Shown here piece after piece: positions 39,740 to 49,730 of a DNA stretch of 64,000 bases (the stretch's first letter is position 1; every line of letters begins with the position of its first letter). Origin of the DNA: Paludibacteraceae bacterium (lineage in GTDB: Bacteria; Bacteroidota; Bacteroidia; Bacteroidales; Paludibacteraceae); the NCBI GenBank assembly GCA_045641145.1, contig JAZUGJ010000073.1:12846-76845 (forward strand), in the 5' to 3' direction. Position numbers and translations under genes: made by a program. The notes beneath the pieces were generated by a model. That model saw only the letters and a program-made list of their open reading frames with translations. It was not told the origin of the DNA and made no database searches.

Positions 39740-40489
39740 TTACAGGATAAGAACATCCCCGTCAACGGAGTGTTCATCAATGTATCCAACCCACTTGCTC
39801 CACTCGCCATCCTTGTTTGTTCTGCCGTACTCAACACCGTTCAAATCGGTGAATGTCTGGTAGATAACATTATCAACGATGGTGACAAGCAACTTGCCGT
39901 TGATTGTTCCGGGAGCATTCTTAATCCCTGTGATTGTTTCTGGGAAGTTGAAGTATCCCTCTTCGATGTACAGGTTGAGGTCGTAATTTCCCTCTTCGTC
40001 TTTTTTCTGTGCGCTCTCATCCTGTGTTACATCCACAAGCGGCATATCGGCAACTTTCTCAAGTTCCTCTATATCGCTCATAGCTTTCTCCAACTGCTCT
40101 TGAAGTGCCGCTATCTGGTCTGATTGTTCTTTGTCAATCGCCGCCTGTTCAGCAGAAGAAGTTCCGCCACCGCCGCCGCCACCAGCACAACAACACGGAG
40201 CGTAAACTCTATTGATGTCGTACATGGTCAGCTTCATCGCTTCCGCAGTAGCAACTGCTTCTTCATCTCCGCTTTCCATAACCAGTTCGCACCACCCAAG
40301 TTTTACCATCGCCTTTACCTCATCGGTAGCGGCGTATTGCGGCAAAATCCTGCCAGAGGTTTTCGGGGGAATGGCGTTGCGCCCCACAGTAACAATACGC
40401 TCACTTTTGTTAATCAGTATCACTTGTGTTTCACCGCCTTGTACTAATATCTTCTCCCTTTTTCCACAATGTGGGTAAAAGAATACCAC
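39740..40489 (-). CDS. structural protein with a poly-Gly linker, coiled coil and C-terminal knob-like domain
   Basis: CCCAGGGGGGGTSS linker. The C-terminal LNLYIEEGYFNF...GKLLVTIV...QTF...EWSKW resembles a pyocin-knob-type domain. The start is uncertain. Confidence 0.5.
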   Translation of the reverse strand: MVFFYPHCGKREKILVQGGETQVILINKSERIVTVGRNAIPPKTSGRILPQYAATDEVKAMVKLGWCELVMESGDEEAVATAEAMKLTMYDINRVYAPCCCAGGGGGGGTSSAEQAAIDKEQSDQIAALQEQLEKAMSDIEELEKVADMPLVDVTQDESAQKKDEEGNYDLNLYIEEGYFNFPETITGIKNAPGTINGKLLVTIVDNVIYQTFTDLNGVEYGRTNKDGEWSKWVGYIDEHSVDGDVLIL

Positions 40490-40654
40490 AAAACCGAAAA
40501 GCGTTAGATTGTCTTTACTGTCTTGTGGAAAAAGTTTGAATTTTGATATTTAATTATCCCCCGTAACCTGTTGGTCTCCCATCCAGATTACGGGGCTAAT
40601 TATACCACAAAATCTCGATTTTATCAATGAACTAATCTGAACATTACATTCCGT

Positions 40655-43600
40655 TCAGAACACCACGCTCATTGTATTCAAATCGCTTCCGTTCTTATAG
40701 AAGAACAGGCACTTATACGGCTTGCCCTTTTCGTTAAGTGCAGGCTCAAGACCGTACAAATCGCCAGCCTGTCCTTGTGCGCCGCCGAGCAGAACATCTG
40801 TATGACGGCGTTCAGCAAATTTAACAGGACGCAGTATTTTCAATCTGTAGTTTATCTCGTTGCTCTTGTTCTTGTACTTCTCCCACACATAGTAGTAAGT
40901 ACCAGTTGAGCAAGTCCACTTGGATGCGTAGATACCCGTTGCGGACTGGATGTTCCAATCACAGGTAGCATAGATTTCCTCATCGGTGGTTGCAATGCCG
41001 CTTGAGTTCTCCAGTCCTGTGATGATGGCAAAAACTGGCATCAGCTTACCGAACTCAAGGGTTGTTCCAGAGGATTTGTTTGCATCTGGTGCTTTACTAT
41101 ACAGGGTACTGCCAGACACGCCGTTCTGAACCTTTCCAGCCCCGTCATAGACATTATCAAAAGTAAATTGTCCATAGTATCCAGAAGCGGAAGTAGCAGA
41201 GGAGCTTATAACGCCGAGGGACTTCAGTTCACGGAATGCGCTATCGGTCATCAAACGGTAGTCCGTGGACACCTCTACCGAGGACTCGGCATTGTTATGC
41301 ACATCGCCAACATACGATGTGCCAGAAAGCGGAGTTGCGCTTCCGTTCCACTTGAACGCCTGTATCTGGGTTATATCAGCGATGTCGTTTCCGATAACGC
41401 CGTTAAAGTACTCCTTTACCTTTGCCTCAAGTATAGCATCGGTAAGGCTATAGCCATACGAACCGACAAGTGTCTGCACGGATTTGTTCAGACCGCCATT
41501 ACCATTCGCACCATAGATAGCGGTGTTGAGAGCGGCAATCTTGTCTTGAAGTTCCTTGTCGTCAAACTTTATCTCGTCCGCATTCGTTATGTATCCGTTC
41601 TCCAAGAGGAAAGCAGAAACCTGTGCCATAGTAGCATAGCCGCCAGTAGAAGAATGGGCAGGGGACGCATCAGACCAGTCACTCCATCTGGACGCATCAT
41701 CCGCACGGTTGTAATAGTACAGTCTTGTATAGACATCGCCGTATGCGGTATACAGGCTCTGGCTGATATACTCTGCGCTTCCTACATTACCGATTGCGGT
41801 ATTGACAATGCGCACAGAACCAGAAGCGGTTATATTTGTCGGCAACCTTTCCGCAAGCAGGGTAGTGTATCCTTTCTCTTTTCGGATAAAAGTGCCTGTG
41901 AGTCGGAAACTGTTCAAGTCGAAGTTCGTTACCTTTTTATCCTCTGTTGCCCCAGATACGAAGTCGAGGTTCACACCGCCGTTCAGCATCGCCACATTGA
42001 CAGAACCCTTTGTGAGGTCGCCACCATAGGAGTCGTGCATAGCCGTTCCGTTGTATCCAACGCTGATACCGTGCGGGGCTTTGATAATGGAGCTATCGGT
42101 GAAGTCGTACTTGTAAGTGCCGAGGTTCTTATAAGTCCATCTTACCCCTGCTTTCTGCAAGTCCATCACTATCTGGCTCAATTGCTGTTTCGTATAGTAG
42201 GTCGCCGCATCGAGGTAATCGTCACCCGCCGCTGTCTTTGCCCCTGCATTGGTAGTGGCGGCAGTTACGCCGTACCAATCCTTACTGTAAGTATACGGAG
42301 TGTTCGCTGGCACTTTATCCACCACCACATCACGGAGACCAGAGTCGTTACTCGCATCCCCTGTAGTATACGCCTCTACATAAGTGGCAAAGTGCATAGC
42401 GGTTGCAAACTCGCTTGCCGCACCCAGCGCAAGGGAATTGTTCAGAACGCCGCCGTACAATCCGAGGTTTCTTATCGTGAAGTGCGGGTTCTCGTGGATA
42501 ACCTTACCGCCATAGCACAGTCTGCGGATATAGTCGCCGTACAGAGCGTTCATCGTAACCGTTGTGTTCTGTGCGGAGTTGCATCTTACTATATCGCTAT
42601 AGCCTGTCATTCGGCATCCAGATATATTGACAATGGCGTTGTTGCCCAGAACCGTCACGAAGTGCTTGATTTCCGTATACAACAGGTTGTTGCTGTTGTC
42701 AAGTCCTGTTTGCTTATTGTACCGATACAGTACCTTTCCAACTTCTCCGACATCCGTACCAGCCAGTTCCGCTCCCGACAGTTCTGCTTCTTTATCCTCT
42801 GGCTCATCGAAGTTTTTCTCCTCAGAAGAGTTCTCTGGTATCTCCACAGAACCGTCCATTTCGGGCAGATTATCATGGTTTTGAGTCTCATCCACACCAC
42901 TATATGTAGTGTCCTCAGAACTCTCGTTACCAGATGTAGATGTAAAGGAAGAATACTTTACACCGTAAAACTTGATGTCTTTGAAATTCAGAACAGAGTA
43001 CAAATTGTCCCATTTTATGGACAGTTCAGTTTCTCCGCACTTGCAAGAAGCGTATGTTGCGCTCTTGTAGGTAACGGTGAAAGTCTTACCTTTGTATGCC
43101 CCTACCTTACCGATAGCGACTCTGTACGGCTTCTCTCCGCTCGACAGGGTATGGTTAAGTGCATCTTTCAAGTTACTGTACTTGGTCACGACACCGCCAT
43201 CGTCTATCTGGCAGTACTCGGCGAAGTTCAGTTCGTAGTTGGTTCTGCGGAATGATAATCCAGCATCGCTAACGGTAGTGGCTTTATACTCATCGTAATC
43301 GTCACTTCCGTTCGTATGCACGGTATCGGCTATACAGTTCTGGATATCGACCACGGCGTTATCACGAACGGAGATGTTACTTGCAGAGGATGAATGGATT
43401 GCGGCTTTAGAAAGCCAGAAACCAGCGATACGGATTGTTTCATTCGGGTATACAGAAATGTGTGTCTGGATACGGTACAGTTTAATCCAATTTACCCAAT
43501 CGGCATTATACTTACCTGTTGCGGTTTGAGAGGGAGTGCCTTTGCGGTATATGTGTTCGGAAACGATATTTATCCGCTTTCCGAAACCGTAAGAGGATAT

Positions 43601-45859
43601 AAACTCGCTACTTGTTGTGGTTTTCGTTACCGCCCAATTGTCATTATTCTGAACCAGACCTGTATTAACCCGCTTGGAGTAACCGAAGTAGTTGTGTTGC
43701 AGGTAATTGCCTGTTCCGTTTTTAGCACGGCACTTGACCACGATATACGGTTCTGCGGCTGATATGGTATCCTTATGCCCGCCGAGGTAAGTTACCGCAT
43801 CGGAAATCCGTCTGAACGGTCTCCAGTAAGTACCATCACGCACAAGGGTATTATCAAGAGCTTTGCTTTCGTCTGGTTCTCCGAAGTCCACGAACAGAAC
43901 GAAGCGATTGTGCGGGTACGCTCTCTTGATAGGAGTTATATCCAAGTCGCTTCTTTTGCGGAAAAGCACCCCGCCGACACTAATGTATTTGACGGGCTTG
44001 TTATAAGCAAGCTGTGTAGGTGTATTCCCGTAGAACTCCAAGTCGGTTGCGAACGCTTTTGTGGAGTTGTTTATTCCGCAACAGACCACGATTTCTTTTG
44101 GTTTGATGTGGTACGCCCATTGCGGCATCGTAAGGGACTGGTCTTTATACTGCCAGTTTGCATCATGATGGTTATGCTTATACAGGTCTATTCCCGCAGG
44201 AACAAGCCCTGTACGCATGATATGCTCTTGAGCGGAGCGGGAAATATCGCCAGAAAAGAACACGGTCTTTCCCATGTGGTTTGCCAGCAGACACATGGAG
44301 TAGTCATTTTCAATATAACGGGTAGAGTAGCTTGATGAGCCTTTGCTGGCGAAGTCGTCTACCTCTTCCTGTATCTGCATAAGGTCTACATAGTATCTCG
44401 CTCTCTCTGTACGGTATATCTCCGCACTTCCAGAACTTACCAAATCATACAGATGGTTGAAGTCCTTGGTGTACTGGACATCGTTCTCGAAAAGTTTTTC
44501 TTGGGTACAAATCTCGTATCTATAGCCGTAGTAATCATTTGGAGCGTTGTATCTGCGCTTGTAGACATAGATATACTTCTTTGTGCCGTTATCGTCCACA
44601 GCGGCTATAACGGCTCTCTGCGGCGGTCTGGAAGTGCAATTCACGAAAGTGATTGAAAATTCATCCTCGCAGTAGGTCTTATCCGCAGTATCTTTCGGAG
44701 TTGAGGTAACATACTCCAAATCGTATGCCGTTTCGCCGTCCTTTTCCGTTTTGGTCAGAACGAGTTTATCGCCCTCGGACGGGAATGTGATATTTGCGAA
44801 CAGTTTGTTTGGAGTCATCGTCTTGGAGTATTCGAGAACGATACTATTCTCGTTATCCGTTTCCGGGGAACGGGATGCTCCGAACAGGTCGTTCTCCACT
44901 TCGTTTTCAAAGCGGGTAACAACGCTGTACACATCTGAAGTTTCTCTGTATGCTTCCAGTTCACTTTGCAAGGCGGGAGTTATATCCTTACCGTTATAGG
45001 TTGTCGCATTGACTCCCTTGCCGTAATAAGACGCTGGTGCGAATTCGATAGCGGACTTGTCGATAACGCCACAAGCGTCCATCCAGTCCATAAAGGTTAC
45101 TATGCCGCCGTAACGCATTCCGCTCCCAGATGGGCTTGTCGCTCCATTGGGATAATGCCCGATACAGGGTGAGCCATAAGGAAGATAGACTTTTGTATCC
45201 TTTGTGATAAGGCGGGTAGATGTCTTGGATGTTGATAATGGGAACACCAGCTTTGCTTTCCCGTCCACGGTACACTCGTAGTAACCGCCTACATTGGATG
45301 GGATAGCAGAGGGTTTCGTGATGAACAAGCCCTCGTAGACCGTTTTCCCGTTTGTACAGACAACACCGTTCTCGTATATCTTGTGGTAAACCGCAAGTCC
45401 GCCGTAATGGTCTTTGTGCCAATGGGAAATCGCTATGATATCGACATGGGTTATCTCATTCTCTGTCAGATTTTTCCAAAGCTGATAGGCATACTCGACA
45501 CCGCCGTTGTTGCCGATATCGACAAGGATAGTCTTACCGTACACTTTGATAGCAAGGCATTCTGTCGCTGAACCAGCAGTGGTTGCCTGTGCATTGAAAA
45601 TGTACTCCACCTTTTCGGTGATGGGCTTCAGACGCTCCTCAATGTTCTTATCGAACTCCTGTATCTTACCCTCTATGTCGCCCATCAGAGTGGTAAGGTA
45701 GTCTTTCGTGCCGTCAATCACAACGCCCTGTAGGTCGGACATCGCCATCCGCTTTACTTTGTTTACACCATCTTCTGGGTGTACTGCTACAACCGAAGTT
45801 TCAGCGGTAACTTCGGCTTGCTTTATTTTCGGTACTTCTGGGAGTTTAATCAAACTCAT
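40655..45859 (-). CDS. giant (1734 aa) virion fibre/tailspike-like protein with an N-terminal metallo-beta-lactamase-fold domain
   Basis: TILVDIGNNGG...DIIAISHWHKDHYGG (HxHxDH) and the later LYKHNHHDANW. The central region looks like a beta-helix. A C-terminal knob-like domain is present (DLNSFRLTGTF...RWSDW). Confidence 0.65.
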   Translation of the reverse strand: MSLIKLPEVPKIKQAEVTAETSVVAVHPEDGVNKVKRMAMSDLQGVVIDGTKDYLTTLMGDIEGKIQEFDKNIEERLKPITEKVEYIFNAQATTAGSATECLAIKVYGKTILVDIGNNGGVEYAYQLWKNLTENEITHVDIIAISHWHKDHYGGLAVYHKIYENGVVCTNGKTVYEGLFITKPSAIPSNVGGYYECTVDGKAKLVFPLSTSKTSTRLITKDTKVYLPYGSPCIGHYPNGATSPSGSGMRYGGIVTFMDWMDACGVIDKSAIEFAPASYYGKGVNATTYNGKDITPALQSELEAYRETSDVYSVVTRFENEVENDLFGASRSPETDNENSIVLEYSKTMTPNKLFANITFPSEGDKLVLTKTEKDGETAYDLEYVTSTPKDTADKTYCEDEFSITFVNCTSRPPQRAVIAAVDDNGTKKYIYVYKRRYNAPNDYYGYRYEICTQEKLFENDVQYTKDFNHLYDLVSSGSAEIYRTERARYYVDLMQIQEEVDDFASKGSSSYSTRYIENDYSMCLLANHMGKTVFFSGDISRSAQEHIMRTGLVPAGIDLYKHNHHDANWQYKDQSLTMPQWAYHIKPKEIVVCCGINNSTKAFATDLEFYGNTPTQLAYNKPVKYISVGGVLFRKRSDLDITPIKRAYPHNRFVLFVDFGEPDESKALDNTLVRDGTYWRPFRRISDAVTYLGGHKDTISAAEPYIVVKCRAKNGTGNYLQHNYFGYSKRVNTGLVQNNDNWAVTKTTTSSEFISSYGFGKRINIVSEHIYRKGTPSQTATGKYNADWVNWIKLYRIQTHISVYPNETIRIAGFWLSKAAIHSSSASNISVRDNAVVDIQNCIADTVHTNGSDDYDEYKATTVSDAGLSFRRTNYELNFAEYCQIDDGGVVTKYSNLKDALNHTLSSGEKPYRVAIGKVGAYKGKTFTVTYKSATYASCKCGETELSIKWDNLYSVLNFKDIKFYGVKYSSFTSTSGNESSEDTTYSGVDETQNHDNLPEMDGSVEIPENSSEEKNFDEPEDKEAELSGAELAGTDVGEVGKVLYRYNKQTGLDNSNNLLYTEIKHFVTVLGNNAIVNISGCRMTGYSDIVRCNSAQNTTVTMNALYGDYIRRLCYGGKVIHENPHFTIRNLGLYGGVLNNSLALGAASEFATAMHFATYVEAYTTGDASNDSGLRDVVVDKVPANTPYTYSKDWYGVTAATTNAGAKTAAGDDYLDAATYYTKQQLSQIVMDLQKAGVRWTYKNLGTYKYDFTDSSIIKAPHGISVGYNGTAMHDSYGGDLTKGSVNVAMLNGGVNLDFVSGATEDKKVTNFDLNSFRLTGTFIRKEKGYTTLLAERLPTNITASGSVRIVNTAIGNVGSAEYISQSLYTAYGDVYTRLYYYNRADDASRWSDWSDASPAHSSTGGYATMAQVSAFLLENGYITNADEIKFDDKELQDKIAALNTAIYGANGNGGLNKSVQTLVGSYGYSLTDAILEAKVKEYFNGVIGNDIADITQIQAFKWNGSATPLSGTSYVGDVHNNAESSVEVSTDYRLMTDSAFRELKSLGVISSSATSASGYYGQFTFDNVYDGAGKVQNGVSGSTLYSKAPDANKSSGTTLEFGKLMPVFAIITGLENSSGIATTDEEIYATCDWNIQSATGIYASKWTCSTGTYYYVWEKYKNKSNEINYRLKILRPVKFAERRHTDVLLGGAQGQAGDLYGLEPALNEKGKPYKCLFFYKNGSDLNTMSVVF

Positions 45860-45873
45860 TTTACCGCCCCCCT

Positions 45874-46347
45874 TTACATTCCGATAGCAGTCCAGTGGTA
45901 TGTTACGCCGTTTACATTAAGCTGTTCTGCATCGTTTACGCCGCTCCATGAAACGGTGGAACTGCTACCTGTATTAGTCCAGATAACTTGACTTGTTCTG
46001 AAGTATTCGGAAACAGTTGCCGTTATATGGTCTATCGGGTTCATCATAACTCCACCAGACTCATCTTTCTTTTGCGGATAGACAAACACAAGAAGCGGTT
46101 GAAAATTCCGAAATGAAAGCGTCTTGTTGATGCCGTACTCGCCGTTCCCGACATAACTTCCCTGCATAACACGGAGCATACCAGCGGATGAAACGGCAGA
46201 AGTGATTACACTTTGCAGAACGCTTTGCGTTGGCTTCGTTTTGGTTGAGCCTGTCAGAACTTCCCACACGGTTGTATCCCGCACCTTGTACTCTTCCCCG
46301 CTACCATCGGAGATTGTATCCACATATTTCTCAATTGCCATTATCAA
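45874..46347 (-). CDS. structural protein carrying the shared N-terminal fibre motif
   Basis: 157 aa. YVDTISDGSGEEYKVRDTTV resembles the I-x-V-x-G-x-x-Y-D-V-x-D motif of the other fibre genes. Confidence 0.5.
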   Translation of the reverse strand: MIMAIEKYVDTISDGSGEEYKVRDTTVWEVLTGSTKTKPTQSVLQSVITSAVSSAGMLRVMQGSYVGNGEYGINKTLSFRNFQPLLVFVYPQKKDESGGVMMNPIDHITATVSEYFRTSQVIWTNTGSSSTVSWSGVNDAEQLNVNGVTYHWTAIGM

Positions 46348-46353
46348 TACCTC

Positions 46354-47517
46354 TTATCTGAACTGCAGGTTGTATGTCTTAATCATGCTGGAACTTCTGT
46401 CAGCTTCAAGGATTGGCGTGAACGCACCTGTTGTTTCTGTTGACTCTTCCGAAATAACAAGCCGTGAACAATCCGTCCACGCAGTCCATACCACATCGTT
46501 CCCAGAAAGCACTCTATAGCGCACATACTCCTCGCCCGCTCTGTTTGAAAATGTCTGGCAGATGTAATCCGTGTTGATGCCGTCAATAGCCCTGTTCGTC
46601 AAGTTAAAGACGAGCTTGCGCTTCACAGGCGGCTTGTTTGTAAACAGGTAATACCCGCCCGTGTTGGATACTATGAAGTTTCCAATTTCTGTAAACTTGT
46701 TGAGGTCGATGCACGGGAACACACAATCCTTTGGTGTACTGCTATCAGCTTGACCTATGACAAGTTCGACCTGCATACCATTATCAAACTTCCAGAAGCC
46801 AGCCCCCTGTGTGGCACTACTCCTGATGGTGATACCGCAAGCCTTTGCCTGTTCCTTTGTGAGCATAATCCTATCGTTCGCTGGCACTTCAATCACGGTA
46901 TCCTTGCCTTTGATTGTAAAGGTCTTGCTCAAAGCTACATCGTTATCGTTTTTCAAAGAATAAACAAACCCGTCCTTATCGCTCTGGTACTTGTTCACGG
47001 TCTGGTACACGATGCCGCCGTTACTATCGTAGGTCGGGTTTCCATCCTCGTCCAGAACAGGGACTTTTTCGGTAGCATTATAGAAGTCGTTTATAACCAA
47101 GCCAGACTGCAACATCTCGAAGTGCTTCATCGCATAGTCGTGATACTCGCCCATAGCACCGCCGTAAGGGAACAGACCAGAACCTACCACTCCACGCTCT
47201 CCGCTCGGGCTTCCTGCTATGGCTTCGATTGTTTCGCTTATCTTGCCCATTTCCCCGCCTTTAGGGAACGATTTGGCATCGCCGCCTAATGTTGCTATAC
47301 TCTGGTTAATGCCGCTCACAACGCCCTCAAACGCCACCAGACGCTCGTTGTATTCATCGCTTATAGTGGACTTAATGAAATTAGCCATATCAGCCGCATT
47401 CACCCTGTTCACCGTCTTATACGGTTTCGTATCATGTGTCTGGACAACGATATAGTCTGCCTTGCTGTTCAGTTCCGTAAAGTCCACTTGCGGAATGTCA
47501 GTTATCTTTTTGACCAT
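46354..47517 (-). CDS. fibre/receptor-binding protein with a C-terminal knob-like domain
   Basis: 387 aa. The C-terminal DLNKFTEIGNFIV...YICQTF...VVWTAWTD is knob-like. Confidence 0.55.
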   Translation of the reverse strand: MVKKITDIPQVDFTELNSKADYIVVQTHDTKPYKTVNRVNAADMANFIKSTISDEYNERLVAFEGVVSGINQSIATLGGDAKSFPKGGEMGKISETIEAIAGSPSGERGVVGSGLFPYGGAMGEYHDYAMKHFEMLQSGLVINDFYNATEKVPVLDEDGNPTYDSNGGIVYQTVNKYQSDKDGFVYSLKNDNDVALSKTFTIKGKDTVIEVPANDRIMLTKEQAKACGITIRSSATQGAGFWKFDNGMQVELVIGQADSSTPKDCVFPCIDLNKFTEIGNFIVSNTGGYYLFTNKPPVKRKLVFNLTNRAIDGINTDYICQTFSNRAGEEYVRYRVLSGNDVVWTAWTDCSRLVISEESTETTGAFTPILEADRSSSMIKTYNLQFR

Positions 47518-47529
47518 CTTCTCACCCCC

Positions 47530-47727
47530 TTATCCAAGTACTTCCCAGTCTTTAGCTTTCCTGTCTTTTGCCTTTGGTTTCCAGTTCCTAATCGTGGTGT
47601 CCTTTGTCGTGTAGATGAGTTCTTCACCATTATCAACCACAAACGCATCGTCCTCCCAGCTTGTTCTTCTGAACGCCGCATACGGTCTGACATCCTCGTA
47701 AGTGAAGTATCCACCAAATGAGTTCAT
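47530..47727 (-). CDS. hypothetical protein
   Basis: 65-aa ORF at the head of the minus-strand fibre operon. Confidence 0.45.
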   Translation of the reverse strand: MNSFGGYFTYEDVRPYAAFRRTSWEDDAFVVDNGEELIYTTKDTTIRNWKPKAKDRKAKDWEVLG

Positions 47728-47852
47728 TACGGTATCCTCTCTGTTTTTATTATGCGTTGCCGCCTCTTTAATTTATTCCCCGCTCCCTCTCAAAAACAAT
47801 GAACGGACGGGATTTTTCCTTTAATCGGAAATAAAAAAACGCAAAAATATAC

Positions 47853-47881
47853 TTGACACACGGGAAGTGGGATGGTATAAT
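47853..47881 (+). promoter_or_regulatory. sigma70-type promoter with extended -10
   Basis: TTGACA (47853-47858), 17 nt, TGGTATAAT (-10 at 47876-47881). Confidence 0.7.
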
Positions 47882-47936
47882 TATAGTGCCAATTAAGATG
47901 GAAAGGAGTGGCACGCTCTGTGCGTGCGTAAACCAC

Positions 47937-48374
47937 ATGAAGCAGGATATTATGGCGGCGGTTGACCGTCTTGTCGCACTTCATGAGCGGCGCAAGGTCT
48001 GCGATGCGAGCGAGGTTGAGGGTATCAGAGAAGAAACCAACGATATCTACACGGGCATCATGGACGCATACGGCACGAAGTATTCCGTTATTCTGGATGT
48101 CCTTGCGGCACAGAAAACACGGGATAACAAGTACCCCGACATAGACACTCGGAATGTTGTCAGACTGGACGAGGATGACTATGTTGCCGCTTTCAAGTCA
48201 CTTGGTATCCACGAGTTCACGATGAGCGCACAGGTCACCGCATTTGCGGCGGTTCTGTATATGTTCTGCCAGTGCGGATGCACCATTGACGATGTTACCG
48301 TGGTGAACACCAGCGACTACTGGAAAGAGTGCGGCGGCAAGGTCGATGCGTTCGCCGTCAAGTTTAAACTGTAA
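47937..48374 (+). CDS. uncharacterized protein, paralog family 2, copy 1 (plus-strand island)
   Basis: Start chosen at ATG 47937 by alignment with its paralog (MKQDIMAAVDRLVAL versus MEQKIKEAVERIVAI). There is no SD. The 5' UTR of about 50 nt contains a hairpin. Confidence 0.55.
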   Translation: MKQDIMAAVDRLVALHERRKVCDASEVEGIREETNDIYTGIMDAYGTKYSVILDVLAAQKTRDNKYPDIDTRNVVRLDEDDYVAAFKSLGIHEFTMSAQVTAFAAVLYMFCQCGCTIDDVTVVNTSDYWKECGGKVDAFAVKFKL

Positions 48375-48385
48375 AGGAGAGTACA

Positions 48386-48811
48386 ATGGAACAGAAGATT
48401 AAAGAAGCAGTCGAGCGGATTGTCGCTATTGACGAGATGACCGCACACATGAGCCGCCATGAGCGCACGGATTTGGACAAGGAACGCCACGCTATCTGTG
48501 AGCGTATCACGGATGAGTACGGTACGCCCTATTACGGGCTTCTGCATATCCTTACCGCCCAGATTGCCCGTGACAACGAGTTCCCCGACCTTGACGGGCG
48601 GGCATTCGACCTCGGCAACAATTACGACTATGCAGAGCTGTTCGATACCCTCGGTATCACCACCTTTACCATCAGCGCACAAACTTCCGCTATCGTAGAG
48701 CATATCCGTGTGTTCATGGAAAGCGGCTTCTCCCTCACCGATGTGGTCAAGGTAAATATTCACCACAAAGAAGAGCCATACCTATTCTACGCGCTGAAGT
48801 TCCAGAAGTAA
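48386..48811 (+). CDS. uncharacterized protein, paralog family 2, copy 2
   Basis: AAAGGAGAG RBS. Shares DEYGTPYYGLLHILTAQIARDNEFPDLD with DAYGTKYSVILDVLAAQKTRDNKYPDID of copy 1. Confidence 0.6.
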   Translation: MEQKIKEAVERIVAIDEMTAHMSRHERTDLDKERHAICERITDEYGTPYYGLLHILTAQIARDNEFPDLDGRAFDLGNNYDYAELFDTLGITTFTISAQTSAIVEHIRVFMESGFSLTDVVKVNIHHKEEPYLFYALKFQK

Positions 48812-48859
48812 CACACAGGGATGCCCCTATATGGGGCGTCCCCCGAAAGGGGGTTGAAA

Positions 48860-49219
48860 ATGCGATTTGAATACTACATACTCCGACTTGACAGCGGCGG
48901 GTTAAAGGAGTACAACATCTTTGATTACCCACGGGTAAACGAAAAGGTCGAAAAAGAAGTACGCAAGTATCTCCGCAGTAAGGCACGGTACAGGTTTCCT
49001 GTGCTTGATGGCGGATACCTGTACGGGTTCGATGGGTTTTGCGAGTTCGTGAGAGTAATCCTCGCATCCGTTGCCATGTGCAGGTTCGAGTTCGAGTTCA
49101 ATGCGGAAAGCGTATCCACCCCTGTCTGCAAGGCACGGGTTGACGGATACATACAAGCCTTTCCGAACATCAAGACTATTGCACGGGATATTATTGCCCA
49201 GTATAAGGAGCAGAGATGA
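48860..49219 (+). CDS. hypothetical protein
   Basis: ATG 48860 after AAAGGGGG. 119 aa. Confidence 0.5.
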   Translation: MRFEYYILRLDSGGLKEYNIFDYPRVNEKVEKEVRKYLRSKARYRFPVLDGGYLYGFDGFCEFVRVILASVAMCRFEFEFNAESVSTPVCKARVDGYIQAFPNIKTIARDIIAQYKEQR

Positions 49220-49569
49220 CATTACGAGATAAAATTTTATCAATGCGGCACAACGAGTTCGGGCTTTCAAAGGTTGTCTTTTTCGGTTCAGACAAGGATG
49301 TGTTTCCGTACAGGATACATATCGTGAAGTGGGAAGAGTGCAAGCCGACCGAAACCTATTCCCTTACCGAACACAAGTACAAGACCGTCACTTCCTACTG
49401 TTTCGTGATTGGCGAACTGGAATGGGATACCAAAGAGCCGGGATGGGACTTCCATTCCCTCGGCACAAGGTATCTGGAATACGGAACGCAGGAACTGAAC
49501 AAGTGGATACTGGACTTCTGCCGAAAATACAGTGTTGTTGACGGCGAGATTGTCGAAACGCAGGAATAA
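49216..49569 (+). CDS. hypothetical protein
   Basis: 117 aa with an ATGA overlap. Confidence 0.5.
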   Translation: MTLRDKILSMRHNEFGLSKVVFFGSDKDVFPYRIHIVKWEECKPTETYSLTEHKYKTVTSYCFVIGELEWDTKEPGWDFHSLGTRYLEYGTQELNKWILDFCRKYSVVDGEIVETQE

Positions 49570-49570
49570 C

Positions 49571-49610
49571 AAAAAGCCGGGGTACGATTTCGCACCTCGG
49601 CTTTCATTTT
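49571..49610. terminator. intrinsic terminator between convergent units
   Basis: AAAGCCGGGG-loop-CCTCGGCTTT followed by CATTTT. Confidence 0.55.
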
Positions 49611-49619
49611 CAATATGCG

Positions 49620-49718
49620 TTATCGGAGAGCCTCTTCCACGGCACTACGCCATCTTTCGGGCACTTCCTCAATCGTCATAATCCCAGACTTAATTCTGCG
49701 CACATAAATAGCTACCAT
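49620..49718 (-). CDS. 32-aa small phage protein (CD1375/XkdX-like)
   Basis: Hand-translated: ATG 49718 after GAGGT gives MVAIYVRRIKSGIMTIEEVPERWRSAVEEALR. The pattern (I..G..T.E.VPE......V...L) is typical of small proteins next to tail fibres in Firmicutes phages. Confidence 0.5.
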   Translation of the reverse strand: MVAIYVRRIKSGIMTIEEVPERWRSAVEEALR

Positions 49719-49730
49719 AAGATTACCTCA

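Noticed and set aside
41168-43255. 695-aa plus-strand ORF opposite the giant fibre gene.
   Set aside because: It is an antisense shadow ORF with a Cys/Arg/Val-rich translation and no RBS. The minus-strand ORF has clear domain content.
47908-47936. The 5' UTR hairpin GTGGCACGC-TCTG-TGCGTGC-GTAAACCAC before ATG 47937, loosely repeat-shaped.
   Set aside because: The handle region (GTAAACCAC versus GTGGATTAAAAC) does not match convincingly. It is treated as an ordinary leader structure.
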